Positions 36,867 through 51,265 are shown, counted from the whole stretch's first letter. The stretch: DNA of 63,334 nt, filler included, from Basidiobolus ranarum (GCA_040143965.1; 12 parts of 12 records of this genome joined end to end with filler, not necessarily neighbours in it), one strand, 5' to 3'. The notes: generated from the letters alone by a model not told the origin. Numbers and translations: made by a program.

Positions 36867-38894
36867 GTAAGGTCCATTCTATATAAGTTATCACAAGGAC
36901 ATAGCTTTTCTCTTGTTAAACATCATCACCACGGAGGCTGGTNNNNNNNNNNNNNNNNNNNNNNNNNNNNNNNNNNNNNNNNNNNNTTAATTAATTAANN
37001 NNNNNNNNNNNNNNNNNNNNNNNNNNNNNNNNNNNNNNNNNNTGACCGACTAAGATTCTGCTGAGGCAAAAACTAACTGCTAGAAAGTGCTGTGACATTC
37101 ATTTGATATCACAATCCGAAAGTAGTGATAGTTTTTTTGAAAAAGCTCAAAAGCTGTATGCCTCACTATAGTTTCAAGCGTTATGTGTAATCCAAGTTGG
37201 CTAGTTTCTGTTGGATCTGGGCACAAAGTGGATGAGCTTGAATTAACTAAAAATGCCGATGTATATATTCTGAATCTGCTGTCGCTCGTATCGAAAGCGG
37301 TTATTAAGGCCGAGTTAGAGAGGCATTGATTCTGCTTGGTGATTTGGAGTTGTTATTTGTGAGTGTTCATACAGAAACACAAGTGCCAGAGTATATAAAT
37401 CAGAGATATCTTAGCGTGAATAGTTGAGGTTTATGATTCTTCTTAGTAGTATCTGATAAACAGTGTGCAATTTCATTTCAAGTGGCCGCAGAAAGAATCC
37501 AACTTAGTGCCTGAATGCCAGCCTATATTTGAATTAAACCAATAGTAATGAGCCTAAGCATTTATCAAAAGTAGTCGATATTTTAAGGATATAACAGAAG
37601 TTCAAAAGCTCTTGGAATATCTCAACTAAGCAACCTATTATTGTCTACAGCAACTTTTCACCTAACCAAGAGGCCTCCTTATTCTAATCTTCTTTTTACA
37701 GGGCGTTCCATTAACGAGCTTGATTTTCACAGTTTCATTTTGGTTATGCCTGATAAATATTATAGGCAACACGTATAGTCCCAATCCTCTTCATGAAAGG
37801 ATGGACAAGTGGTAATGCCTGGCCTGGCAACGGCTCGGTAATGCATTTCTAATTTGAACGACGCCCCAAAGATATCAAGTACTGATGCTATGACTATCTA
37901 TGACATTTAAAATGGGATTATTCTCCATGCCAATATTCTATGCATCAGTGCAGGATTCAGAAGGTTGCTCTGGTGTGTAGAGTTCATTCAGAACTTGCCC
38001 ATAGGATAACTTGACTATCAGTCCAGTCACAGACGTTTACAGTGACATGGGGTGAATATACCAGATGAAATAGCTGACTGTTACAGTCCCAAACACTCCT
38101 TACTCATAATAAAAAGTCATGAAACAAAGTGATTTTTATAGTCAATATCGTGACCAATTCCCGAGTACGCAGTGAACGCACAATAATGACCGACATTAGC
38201 CCAAGTATTGCCCTCGATTCTGGCAGGCAACGCACCATTAAATATGTTTCACTGGGTTATTGGGCTTTGGCCCTCAATCATTATCCATCCAGGGAATGCA
38301 TACAGTGCCATTAGAGGTGTTTGTAGTAGGAAACAATACTTGTGCTTGGTCAATAGATCGAGGTCATTCGTTGGTAACAAGGAACCAGATCACACTGGAT
38401 AGCGTTACTTCAGAATAACAATACCAATGCATGCTTGTCACACTTGAGGAGAACATAATTATCAAAGAACAAAACTAAAGGTGGCTAATTCAATTTTGTA
38501 GGAAAATTATTGACCAAGCGTACAGTCAATCAATGATACCGCTTTTGCTCCCTATTTCAATCCGACATTAAATCAGTGTATATTTTAATATGTTTTAATT
38601 TCAAACATCAGGACCATATAGGTTTGTTGCAGAGTACAGCTATCTGTGCAGCTAGTTTTTCTGAGCAACCTTGCCCTCTTTCTTTTCGACCTTGTACATT
38701 CTCTCTTGTATTTCTCTCTCCCTTAAAGTCGTGAAGTTTTCAATTTCAAGGAGAAACGTTGTATCTCTTTCTCTTTGCTTGAAGTTCTAAACTTGAGCTC
38801 TCCAATTCCAGCAAATAAAGACTCTAGAAGTGGGAACCCTTGACAAAATTCACAGGACGTTCTGGAAGATTATCGTTGCTTTATTTTCAACCAA

Positions 38895-40431
38895 ATGACT
38901 GCTAACCTTCTGCAAATATTGAATCGACTTATTGAGGAGAAACGTGATGTCTCCTGTCTCTATACGTCGAGCCCTCTTCGTCACTATGCCTCTTACGCTC
39001 CTTTGATATCCTCTGAGATAGACGAGACTGACCTAGACGCAAAAGACCCAAGGTACAAAGAGAACTACTGCTTTACTCAATCTTCCGTTAAATATTTTAT
39101 AAAAAGCGTGTATTCGCTTGCTGAACGTGTACTTATTAACCTATTCCTGACCTAGTTAAATGTAACTGTCGATTGTTTTAACCTTCCTAAATCGCTTATT
39201 TTTTTCAAATAGATGGGAAGAATATTTTGTTGAATTCTTTTTGGAAAAATCTGACTCGCGTAATGACGATTTACTTTTTTTTGTTCGACAACGACAAACC
39301 AGCAATCGTGGTTTGGATCCGGTTTTTGTCAAACGAAAACTGGCACCCCCCAATCCTATGCCTCAACTGGATGATACAGTCTTATGGCAGGATACTTTCT
39401 TTTTAAATTTGATTGTGCAGGTATATAGTTAGCTAGTATTATTGGCACTATCTTTATCTACGCATAGAAAATATACTCAATATCTGGATTATAGTTGCCA
39501 TGCAGATTGACCGTCGCAGTTTGCAAACGTAATACTGACAATATCGCCACCCCAGGTCTAAAGACGAGTATGACTTGTACTTGGAAGCATGTGAGCAAAC
39601 GTGTTTACGCTCTACCTTCTAAGTCACGTATGGACACAAAAGACTCCAATTGGGAATGCTCATATCCACTGATCTATTATGTGATTGAGGATTACGACGA
39701 TATGTTTGAACAATTAGTTATCAAGGAAGGAGAGTATTTATGTGTGGAGCTGGCAGTCGGTATGCCTGATGGAGAAGATGAAAATCCCGAAGAAAGCTCA
39801 GATGAAGAAAGTCATGTCGGGAAAAAAACGCCTTCCGACAATAAAATCACTCTCTTTCAGGGCGCTGCTTCTTACTCGGCCCTCTTGGATCTTTATCGTC
39901 AAAAAGCTTCGAATAAGATAAAAAGTCGGTTTGCCCTAGGTCCTTCCGTACCTCCAACTGAGTACGTAATGATGAGAGGCCCCGGAGCTAAAGGGCATGC
40001 TCAGGTATAATTCCTACATAAATTTGTAAGAGCGATAGAGAATACTGAAATTTTATCAAATATGTAGGTGGCAATTACTGCGTCTGTCCATGAAGACAAA
40101 GAACCAGAGAGACCCAGTGGAACTAAGAGTTACCCACCTAGCCCTACTTCGTCCAACAATCGTAAGAACATTAGCCCATTCTCTCCAGCTAATGTAATTC
40201 AGTCTATAAAAAGACTCTCTTCTCCTTCGACACTTGAAAAACAACTACAGGAGCCAGTTAATTTGAAATGCTGTATGACCTTTGTTAATGTTCCTTGGAA
40301 GAGTATAATTAGGTAGGTGATATTGGAGTTAAGGTCGATTCAATTCCAGTACAATATTGCTAACTAATATTACTCATACATCTAGTGATCTTATAACATA
40401 TGCACGTCAGAAGAAGGTGTTAATTGCGTGA
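38895..40431 (+). CDS. KIAA0930/DUF2045-family protein; join(38895..39052,39213..39420,39495..40004,40068..40312,40386..40431)
   Basis: DDLLFFVR, WQDTFFLNLIVQ, VYALPSKSRMD, YPLIYYVIEDYD, EGEYLCVEL, LFQGAASY and MRGPGAKGHAQVA. Confidence 0.85.
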
Positions 40432-41458
40432 GGTTCTCTGTTATCTACGAGCGTTGCTTATACAAGTTCCTATTTTATTAACTGACATATCATCGCTTAA
40501 CCATCCCAAGCCATTAACTGATTCCTTCATGTTGAAATTCTCATCTCTTATACTCCGTATACATATGTCCTTTATTAACTCGCATGGATACTCTTGCTAC
40601 ATATCATATTTTATAACCAGAAGCAAGCTCTAATGTATCTCATTCCACGTTATAACCCATTCGAATTACTTTGCCCAATTGTGTCTGTTGTTAACCGTTT
40701 TCTAAACTGTAAGTCCGTCTTTCCTAGGTATCCTTTTCGGATTCGATGTTTTTGTTATCTCTGCTCAACTTTCGTTTTGTAATTACTCGTTGTATTATAA
40801 AATCTTTAAAATCGATATATATATATGTGCCCTTATTGCATTCATTAGCTGTAGTAGTCTTACTAATCTGCACCATGACTGGTAATGAAGAAATTCCGCG
40901 AATAGGCTAATTCTCCGTGTAACATTGATAGCCGGATGTGGAAATATCAAACATACATGTGATCGACAAACATGTTAACTGGACTAGTACATGTCATACT
41001 TGGTACAGAGCTAAAGATATACCAACGATCAAAACAAGCCACCGATAGCCAGGAATAGAATTCAATATACTACTCAGAAACACGTAATATTTGTGGTACG
41101 TAGGATGCTGCAGAATCTACAGGAAATCCAACAGTCAACCTAGGCAGTCAGTTACCGACGTTTGAGAACGAGTAACTCGTGTTTACGTTGTTTGAAGTAT
41201 GAAAGGAGATATTCATGGCAGAGACCTTCCATAGCCACCTATATAACTTCCATCCACTCTGTCCATTCATCGTTAACCCCCAGCTCCATCATCTAAACAT
41301 TCATTCCTTTTGTTTGATTGAATATTCCTCATTGGTTTAATGATATATCAGTCTTAGAGCTCACAAGAAAAATACAACTGTTTAGAATACCCACCTTCCA
41401 GATAAATATTACCAGGAAAATACTACTGTAGTTTGATGCTCTCTTTGGATTAGAAACA

Positions 41459-42223
41459 ATGAAATTCAATACGCATTTTATAAACGTTTTTTTTTTGACA
41501 ATATCCATAGCCTCGAATTTATATTCAAGCCATGCTGAAATAGTGGAATACAACCTTACAATTAGCGAAGGTTACCGAACACCCGACTGCTACGAACGTC
41601 TTATGGTCTTAATCAATGGAGGTTCGCCGGGACCTACCCTACGTGCTCATACTGGAGACAAATTGGTCATCAATGTTCACAATGGTATGGCTTCGGAGGT
41701 AGTGACGCTCCATTTCCATGGGATTCTCCAGACCGGCACTCCGCAATCTGATGGAGTTCCATTCATAACTCAATGGCCGATTGACCCGGGAAACAATTTC
41801 CGACATGAAATCCATTTAAAAAACCAAGTTGGGACATACTACTATCACGCCCACACATCCGTCCATGGTATAACAGCGTACGGGGCCCTGATAATTGAAG
41901 ATAAAGATGATCGACCGCCATACCACTATGACGAAGAAAGAGTCATTATGCTAAGTGATTTCTACCATAGAGAGGACAATGATATCGTATCTGGCTTACT
42001 CTCGGCGTCTTTCCGCTGGATTGGGGATCCTCAAGCAATCCTCACGAATGGAAATACTTTTGACAATTGGAATTGCACTACAGGGGATCGGCGGTGTCGA
42101 AAATCAGCTAGTTGCGGCTACAATGTTGTCAGTGTTAAGCCTGGTCTTACGTATAGATTTCGAATAATTGGTGCTATGTTGTCTACCTACTTATCTTTTG
42201 TTATACCACATCATACCATGACC
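41459..42223 (+). CDS. Secreted multicopper oxidase (ascorbate oxidase/laccase-like), 3'-partial
   Basis: Signal peptide; INGGSPGPTL, LHFHG, SDGVPFITQWPI, GTYYYHAH and YRFRIIG. Confidence 0.92.
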
Positions 42224-42538
42224 NNNNNNNNNNNNNNNNNNNNNNNNNNNNNNNNNNNNNNNNNNNNTTAATTAATTAANNNNNNNNNNNNNNNNNNNNN
42301 NNNNNNNNNNNNNNNNNNNNNNNTACAACAATAAACAAAAATAGTCATAGAGCATGAAAAGTATGTTTAAAATATACAGGGAAAATGCAGTGCAAGAATG
42401 CACAAAATGGATTCAGAAGAACAACATACAACTTGACATTCAGTCTGGTGTTCACCATGCAGATATCTTGGAAGAACTTAATACAGAGTGGCACAATATT
42501 GCAGAGTGTCTGCCAGACAGCTGGACAAATATTAGTTC

Positions 42539-42882
42539 TGTTAAATTAGCTTTGCCTAAGCACCTATATAGTTATATATAGCTTACTACTTAGTTACCAT
42601 GCTTAACTAAGATATTGCCTATTATTCTCAATTGGGATTTACTTAGAGTATTGACTGCAACTCAGAAGTTCTCAGATATATAGATTTTTAGAACCTGTGC
42701 TAGAAGCCTCAAACTTTGCACCCATGTCTGTGGGACCTTCCTTAACACATTCTACATGTTAGTCTGTTTACATCTTGTCAAAACTATAAATGTCCACTTT
42801 CTATTGAATAAATCAATATGTGAACACAACCAATTTTGCTAATTCTCCAAACCACTTCCAACAGGCTCCCAAAACTTTAACA
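42539..42882 (+). mobile_element. Solo LTR, Copia family A
   Basis: TGTTAAATTAGC...CTTTAACA, homologous to 28540..28887; TSD not clean. Confidence 0.82.
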
Positions 42883-43014
42883 GAGTTAGCAACATTCACA
42901 CAATGGTGGGCTTTGATGGAGATATTAATACACACTTGTGTTGGATATGAAGAACTGTATGAAAATACTCAGGAGAATATATCAAAGAAACTTGGGATTT
43001 CAAAGATGACAAAT

Positions 43015-43260
43015 AAGCACTGAAGTGGTAAATGTGTAAAATTTGAGTTGCATTTTTTGCACATGTGTAGATCCATAGTTCTCTGAGATTGTAGCTAATC
43101 ATATGCAACTATTTTGCAAGATCTCAAAATTTCACTCCTGTGACTATCAAATCTAACTTGATAATTTTATGATGCTAAGTAAACAGTCAATCCAAAATGG
43201 ATTAAAATTGCAATGGTTATCTTACTTCAACAATCCTCAAATTTCTGTTATGGCTAAGAA
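43015..43260. repeat. Dispersed repeat family E (also about 43985..44240 direct and 49020..49272 inverted)
   Basis: Shared motifs TTTGCACATGTG, CTCTGAGATTGTAGC, CAACTATTTTGCAAGATCT, AAATCTAACTT and CAATCCTCAAATTT; CpG-poor. Confidence 0.7.
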
Positions 43261-44557
43261 ACAGGATTTAAGAAAACTTGTGAGGAAAACAAAGGAGATA
43301 GTGAGACCTCAAGATATCAACCCACTTGCAAATTTCTCATCACTACAACTAGAAAAAAGTTTGTCAGAGTTTAGTACATTTGCAGAATGGCCATTGAAAT
43401 AGCTTGACTTTAACATGCAACCAGGCACACTAGCACAAAAAGTTCAAGGATCAAATATTTACTCAATACCTGTGGTATCACAACAACATATGACACCAGC
43501 AACTGTGCTCCATGGCTCTAAAGCCTCAAATGGAACTCTTCATAGTGTTGCTGTTAGCAGTGCTCATAAAAGCATGCAAAAAACCTCTGAATCACTTTCA
43601 ATGAAAGTGAGTGGTATCAAACAAGAAGAGCTTATAAAATACAAAAGAGTGCTTGGAGAATACTTCTAAAAGCTTGTAGGGAAAAGTGCAGCAGAATTGT
43701 GCAGCAAGTTGATTCTTAAGAGTCAGATTTAACAATATTAGTTCTAATTTTGACCATCCAGACATCTGGAAAGTGCTTAATGGAAAGTGGCAGCTGGTTG
43801 CAAGATTCTCACTAGATAACTGGAAGAATATAGGCATTACAAAGTTATTGCAATGGTGGTGTTTGATGGAATTACTGATGCTGTGTTCTGTTAGATATGT
43901 ACTAAACATGGGTTATGAAGCACCTTATTATAGTATTCACAAAAATATAGGAAAATATCTGGAGATTTCAAAGCAAAAAAATCAGTGAAAAAGTAATGAA
44001 TGAGAAAAATCTGAGTTACATTTTTCATTTTTTATCATGAGTTGTCTGTTATTTTAGCCAATGGTGAGGAACTATTTTGTGACATCCAAAAATTTCAATT
44101 CTCAAAGTAAAAAATTTGATTAAATTTAAATCTAGCTTGACAATTTTCCAATGAATCCCAGATGGCATGACAAAAAGGGATTATATTTATGATGGTTTTC
44201 TTACAATATTTAATCTCATATTTCTGCTAAGGGTAAGCAAATACAAGTTAGTTTTTCTTTGTGATTGAAGCATATATATAGCCATGGACACAATCTGGCA
44301 GGCATCAAACTTCAAATATATTCACTTTTTGAGTAACAAGATGGTAGTATTGCAATGACACCAAGCATGACAGTCAAGGCAAGCAATAGGGCAAGTAATT
44401 TGCTAATTTTGACCTTGCTACTTCCATAGCACCACTGGAAAGCTCTGGTTCAAAACCGGGCTAGTCTGTCAAAATTCAGACAAATGATTTATATTCTAGA
44501 ATGAGGGTGGCACAAGTTATGTAGACTTAAGCCTAATATAATAATAAGGGTGTTATT

Positions 44558-44739
44558 GGACTTGCTCCTTCAGATAGTGGCAGATTGTGCTGTATATATG
44601 ATTTTGGACAAGGAATTGTGAAGTTTATATGGCACAATCTGACTCTATCTAGCACCCTGTGGCATGATAAACTTCAATCACATTTTCTCTAATATATTGA
44701 TCCAAGGTCTGCTAAATCCTGGTACAATGGAACAAGTCC
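44558..44739. mobile_element. 182-bp MITE, second full copy, 3-bp TSD ATT
   Basis: att|GGACTTGCTC...GAACAAGTCC|att; same length as 27915..28096. Confidence 0.9.
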
Positions 44740-45129
44740 ATTGATTAGTAGAGTTAAATGAAGCTTATTTTTGATTTTGGCAACAAAATCACAGCTGGAT
44801 GATTATTTAACATCTGAACCATTAAGATGTAAGCGCATGTTACCAAATATTATTTATGGAGATATATGGACAACTTCATTAAAGTTTAAATTAGTAGAAG
44901 AAGAGTTAGTAGCTACTATGCTTCGTAATTCTCACGCTCACATAAAATACTTGTGCCATATCTTTGACAAACTGCTTTTGCGCGTTAGCTTTTATGACTT
45001 CAGTTGAAAAGAAGCTTTAATGAAAATAACAATAATTATTGGCGATTGATTTATTAATCAAGTAACATCCATTGACAAATATCCATCTTCCTGTGACGTC
45101 AGACAAAGTGGATTTCTACTTCATCAACT

Positions 45130-46089
45130 TTAATCAAACTTCTGGCCAATTAGCTGCTCACTTAAAGCCCATAATTTGCGGGCATTGGCATCATCTAGTG
45201 CATATGGTAGGGCACCTGCATTATTGAGCTGTGCATCCGCCAAGTACGAGCCACTTTGATCCTTGATTGACGGGTCGAACGCCGCAACAATATGAGTTGC
45301 TGATCCTTGAGGTATCGTCTTCCACTTGAAATCCTCAACTTTCTGTGTCTTACCATCGGTGTCAAGCACCGCTGGCGGATCAACATTGACATCAACATGT
45401 CTTTCAAGATTGGTTCTAATCACTCCAGGATGGAGACTGAATGCAGTGAGTCCTTTTCCTTTATATCGGTTGCTCAACTCACGTGCAAACAACATGTTAG
45501 CTGTCTTGGATTGGCCATATGCTTGCCACTTGTCATAGTCTTTACCGCCATTGAATCCATAATCTGTGAACCGAATTGGGCTGAGAGTGTGTCCGAGGCT
45601 AGAGACATTGACGATACGTGGAGCACCGGTTTTGGATGCAAGGATTTGAGGCAGAATTAGGTTCGTGAATAAGAAAGGACCAAGGTGATTAACACCGAAT
45701 TGTGCCTCAAATCCATCTACTGTAGTATTATAGGGAGAAGCCATGATTGCTGCATTATTGATTAAGACGTCGATGGGCTCGGAGTAGTCGTTGACCTCTT
45801 TAGCTGCACCACGAACAGATTCAAGCGACGCTAAATCAATGATAAGTGAACGCAATTTGGCCCCTGGTGTCTCTTCTTTGATCTTTGAGATAGTGTCGTC
45901 AAGAGCATCCTGCTTTCTACCAGCAAGGATGACAATCCCAGCACCATGCTTGGCTATAACACGGGCTGCTTCAGCTCCAAGGCCACCCCAAGTACATCCT
46001 GTTACTAGTACAGTCTTTCCTTTTATATCATTAGCGAATAAAGCAGCAGCTTCCTCCGCTGTAGTTTTGTCGTTAAATTTGTCAGCCAT
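45130..46089 (-). CDS. Short-chain dehydrogenase/reductase (retinol-DH/WWOX-like), 319 aa, intronless
   Basis: TGCTWGGLG, NNAAIMA, QFGVNHLGPF, VNVSS, YGQSK and LHPG; TATA-like element at about 46145. Confidence 0.92.
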   Translation of the reverse strand: MADKFNDKTTAEEAAALFANDIKGKTVLVTGCTWGGLGAEAARVIAKHGAGIVILAGRKQDALDDTISKIKEETPGAKLRSLIIDLASLESVRGAAKEVNDYSEPIDVLINNAAIMASPYNTTVDGFEAQFGVNHLGPFLFTNLILPQILASKTGAPRIVNVSSLGHTLSPIRFTDYGFNGGKDYDKWQAYGQSKTANMLFARELSNRYKGKGLTAFSLHPGVIRTNLERHVDVNVDPPAVLDTDGKTQKVEDFKWKTIPQGSATHIVAAFDPSIKDQSGSYLADAQLNNAGALPYALDDANARKLWALSEQLIGQKFD

Positions 46090-46518
46090 GATGATGATTA
46101 TTACTCCACTGACTATAATAGTAACATCAGAGATTGACACTCTATATATACCTTTTGCCACCAATTATCGGTAGTGATTGAATAGGTTACATCATGCAAT
46201 TGATTTGCAGCGATATGAAACCAACCATCCCTTGACTGTTTCATAGAGGAATTGCCAGCAGATAGCCACCAATGAAGGCTGATGGCAGAATGACTGATTC
46301 AAGTAACGATGAGAGATGGATTTTGCATATTGCATTCTGCATTTTGTTGGATGAACTGTGTCTGATTCAATAATCATAGACTAGTCAAACAAGTACTTTC
46401 CGCATACCCGGGATATTCTTTGAATTCTGGCTCAGAACTCACCTGCTATGATCTCCATCTCACCTTCCATCGGTTATTATGTTGTTAGTCCAATCTTCAA
46501 AGCATATCATTTGACACG

Positions 46519-46563
46519 TTGTAGGCACTGGATTGTAGGCACTGTATTGTAGGCACTGGATTG
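46519..46563. repeat. Tandem repeat TTGTAGGCACTG(G/T)A x3
   Basis: Three 14-bp copies read directly, about 430 bp upstream of the SDR start. Confidence 0.9.
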
Positions 46564-46861
46564 AACTGGCTTCATGAAATTCGCAAAGTATTGTGCTCAA
46601 ATAAAGTTTGAAATCTTTTGATCTAACTTAGGAGTGATTGGTGTTTTTATACTGGCCTAATATGCAGATAGCATGGCAAAATAGAATGTTCTAATCTGGA
46701 AATTATTGCTAGAATTAAAGCCAAACAATGATTGTATTATAATATCGCTGTGGTGAGGATATTAATAATACAACGCCACAAGTACTCTTAGTATGTTTGA
46801 AGAAAAGTTACGAAGTACTTCTTAGTTTATTACTCGATTGTATACTAGAGCAGCATCAGTA

Positions 46862-47428
46862 AATTCAATTTTGCTTGCTGCATATGCTTGTTGTTGGATA
46901 TGAGCTCCTATCTAAGCCCTGTACATTAGTAAAAAACGGCTGGCTCACCCCAGCTCCATACTTGTCCACCAAGAGTCTCAATAACTCTGGTTCAACTTCA
47001 TCGAAGGTCATGGAGCCTACCTTGACATTTCCAATGATTGAAGCTAGAGTTTTCTCGAGTAGGGTAGATGCATCGGCGGAGGATATAGAGATACTGTTGC
47101 GCTCTATATTGAATAGTTAGTTTCTGCTACCAGATCATAATTCCACAGTATATTACCTAGCAAACTTAGTTCAGCCATTAAGAATGAAGGATGAACAACC
47201 AGAGTATTTACAATATCCAAATCCTGAAGTATTTCCCCCACATTTGCTCCTAACTCCTCAAGTTTTAAGTGTTCTCAACATACTCTGGAGCTACGTAAAA
47301 CAATGGGCGTACCAAAGGGTTTTGCTAAGAAGATATCGGAATATTTCAGAAGCGTTCAGGCTCAACTCTTCGATATATTTGAATGGCTTCAAGGAATACG
47401 CAGAGGTGATCCATTCCTGTATCCGATT
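46862..47428 (-). CDS. 3' exons of an unidentified spliced gene, 5'-truncated
   Basis: GT-AG joins give NRIQEWITSAYSLKPF...|GANVGEILQDLDIVNTLVVHPSF...|ERNSISI...EPELLRLLVDKYGAG; no family recognised. Confidence 0.4.
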
Positions 47429-50400
47429 CTTGTGTGGGGGGGGGGGGTAAAATGAAAATTATATTAATGTTAAAATTATTGGGCGATAACGATTTTTCCC
47501 CGCNNNNNNNNNNNNNNNNNNNNNNNNNNNNNNNNNNNNNNNNNNNNTTAATTAATTAANNNNNNNNNNNNNNNNNNNNNNNNNNNNNNNNNNNNNNNNN
47601 NNNTTGACAATACAGATCTTTGTAAAGCTGTGAAGAATTCAGTAAGTGATACAGTAGAGCTGAAACTCACTGGCTGATTTGCTTTTCCCTTGGGTTTACT
47701 AGCTTCCTGCTCCTTGAGTACTTCTTTAGCTACTTTTCTTTTTTTTCTAAGCTGATAATTGCATACATTTTTGAGATGTTTCATGAATAGGCCTATGCCT
47801 GCCCAATTCCCATTTGCTTACAAAAACCCAGGATAAGCCACATGAAATAAGTCAAGAACCTTCAGAGTAATGTATGGTTTTAGATTTTTCCACAAGCAGC
47901 TCAAGTTAAGGTGATTTTGGGCAAGATTCCACATAGTTTCCAAAATGTTAAACCATTCATCATCAAAGCAAGTGACAGCCACTCTGTCATTCAGAGTCTT
48001 TGGTTTGCAGGTTTTCCTATGAGATTTCTACTTTCATGTGCCCAAGCAATTTTGAGTTGCTGTGTAGGCTAAATGGTCCAACCATATTCTGCTCTGCTAG
48101 ATTGTGATGGTGGAATTCATATGTATGATGTGGGATTGATTGAAATCCCATATGAGAATGGATGGAGGGAGCAGCATATTTCTGTAGCTCAAGTACAATA
48201 TTCTGAGGGTCTTGTATCATTGTTGAGTGACTCCCTAACTGTCGACTAGTTGCTTCCAAACACTGCATTAATTGCAATATTGCGGCATTATTGCTTGTCA
48301 TGTCCTTTATAGCAACTTTGTATTTTTACATATGATCACATACAAATAATTATGGTATTCTGCCTAAGATTCCATTTTTGTAATAATTCTATCCAAATTG
48401 TCTACAATGGGGTGCTCAATAGTTGGCAGAGTAGGCATTTTGGAAGCTGCTACACTGCATATCAATTAAGTCCTTGGTTCTTGCTGGTTTTTTTCCTTTT
48501 GTGGCTGCAGTATTTTGCTTGGAAGCCAGTATTAGTTTAGATTTTAAATGTTTTTTGAAAGGCATTGAAATTCTCTGGTGGTAAGCTTGGTGTAATGAAA
48601 TCACTTAGAAAAAGCTTATAATAAACTAAAATTGCCATCCATTACTGGAAATATCTTATAAATCCCCTGATGACTCATCTGTGACACCATCTCAGAATCA
48701 TCTGATGATTTCGAAGGGACATACCTAAAATACCATCTTTATGTATGAGGTGTTCATTTTACTACAAGATCATTCTCATGCCACAACACAAATGTTTAAA
48801 GAAGCCCTGCTATCATTGTCACAAATTCTTGTGCTATGAAAGCCAGAGGCTTCATAGAAAAATAATTACAAACACAATCACTGTACAAAGCCACCAGCTG
48901 CACAAAGCCTGGTGTATAATGATAGTTATGAGTGCACAAAATCAACTTTTGTTTTGCCCTCTGAGTCCACTGGCTGTGCTTTACCACAAAGTTTTGGTAA
49001 CATTAATGAAAGTCAAGACCCTAACAAAAATTTGAGGATTGTTATGGTAGGAAAACTGTCACAATTTTAATCCATTTTTGATTGATTGTTTACTGACCAT
49101 CATAAAATCATGAAGTTAGATTTGAATTTAATCAATTTTTTCAGTTTCAGGAGTGAAATTTCAAGATCTTGCAAAATAGTTGCACATGAATGGCTACAAT
49201 CTCAGAGAATTATGGATCCACACATGTGCAAAAGACATAACTCAAATTTTACTCATTCAACACTTGAATGCTAATTTGTCACAAGACTTTGTATTTGACT
49301 ATTTATTTTTTTTGACCATGTTCAATACTTTTTTCTCATTTCTCTTTGACATAACACATGCTCTGAACCTTTTTGTGCTTCAACCTGGTTACTCTTTCTG
49401 TATATTGCCAAATTATGCCTGAGTGCTGGTTCCCATACACTCTCCCTCCTCAACTTCTTGCTCTTTTCCTGTACTCATCTCTATATTATCTTGGATGGGT
49501 GTGAAGGTGACTTCCCAGCTTAAACCTCTCTGCTGTTCCTGTTGACCTGACAATACTTGGGCCTAGTTTACAAAGAACACTCATGTCTGGGCTGCATCCA
49601 TCATAGAGCACCTTTTGGCCAATTGTAGATGTATAATATCTTTCATGGTATGAATATGCATGTAATGAGAGTATGGCACACTTCACAATGCAGTCTCTAT
49701 GCCTATCTTGTTTCTGACTGCATCCTATTTTTACCATACCAGATATAGATTCTATTGCCAAGTATACTGAAGATGGATATGCACTTATCCAGTTCCATAT
49801 TGTCAAGAAATTGATTTCTTCAATGTCACTTTTGGTAGTCATTGTCTTGAGTTAAGCAAAGGTCACATGACTTGATGCTTTTGACACCCCAAAGCCTCTA
49901 CCACATGCCCTACTTCCTTTTGTTCAACAAGATTCATCATCAATGTGTTTTTATTCAAATAAACTGTATATGACAGTATACTTTCTACTCTGTTATATTG
50001 CATTTTAGAACTATTAGTGTTAGTTTGCCACCTTTTGTGTCTTCAAAATCTAAAATGCTCTATTTAGAATTCTGTAGCTCTTGGATAGTTATATTCAGAC
50101 CTGACAATGGTATTTCCCCATTCTTAAATTAATATTTGCAACCCTTGTCAAAAAATTCACTAATAAAATTGGTCATTTGGCTCTCACTGTGAAAAACCAA
50201 GCACTTGATTAAGCCAGCTTGGATTTGGGGCCAAAAAGCTGCCTTCATACTCATAATTGCATCTTCTCCCTGTCCAATATCTTCAGCATCTAAGGATACA
50301 ATGCAGCTGACTCACTTGAATGCTGGGACTTCTGGAATTGATCTTTTCATATCTTCTGGTGTTCAAGTGAGTTTTGATATCAAAGTAGCATTGAGAAGCT

Positions 50401-50785
50401 GATAATTGTTATGATTTCCTTTGGCACGCATTTCACTCATGGTACTTAAGTCAGAGTGTGAATTTTGGAGGTATATTCACTATTGTTAGTGAGACATTCA
50501 TGTTTTAAAAGATTTAAAAATTACACTGCTTTGATAGTATAGGGGCAACATTACCCAAATATAATGGTATCCACTGTAAAGTATGACATTTCTTATGGAT
50601 TTAATGGAGAGATATGCAAATGCTTTGGACTAATATCAGCAAGGATATTCATCGCTCTAAGTAGAATAATATGTAATTTTAGAGATGCCCAGTGCATCAT
50701 GTAGATTAATCATGAAATTATTTCTTATAATTAAATGATATATGGGCAAATAATAGGATATAGGCTTGAATGTTTAAATTGATTG

Positions 50786-51114
50786 TATTTAAATTAGCAT
50801 TGGCTAAGCACCTATATGGTCTAATATAGCTTAGTATTTAGTTTTCCTACACTGAACCAAGGTATCTCCCGTTATTCTCATGAGAAATTTACTTAGAAGT
50901 TTGAAGATATATAGATTTTGATAACTTGTGCTAGAAGCTCCAAACTTTGCACACATGCTCCTGGAGCCTTCTTTAACACATTCTACACGTATTTTGTTTA
51001 TATTTTGACAAAACTATAAATGTCAACTAAATACTCAATAAATCAATAAGTGAAAACCACGAATTTCTCAAGTTGTTGAAACCACTTCCAACAGGCTTCC
51101 AAATTGCTTTAACA
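50786..51114 (+). mobile_element. Solo LTR, Copia family A, with perfect 5-bp TSD GATTG
   Basis: gattg|TATTTAAATTAGC...CTTTAACA|gattg. Confidence 0.88.
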
Positions 51115-51265
51115 GATTGGCTCCGGTAATTATGAAATTTCCCTTAAGCAAACATGTTTGTGCCAGTTGCAAACAGTTGAAAGAAGCAGTCTGATTCTTT
51201 GTTGTATATAGTCTTTAATATGAACTTATGCATATCATGTAGAAGCAAAATTGGCACAAATTTGA

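Noticed and set aside
40728-40736. Second GTATCCTTT (U12 donor-like) motif
   Set aside because: Lies beyond the stop codon of the DUF2045 gene, with no matching U12 branch point and acceptor visible downstream.
49400-50400. Possible LINE ORF1/zinc-knuckle relic
   Set aside because: CpG-depleted and probably TE-derived, but no motif could be read convincingly.
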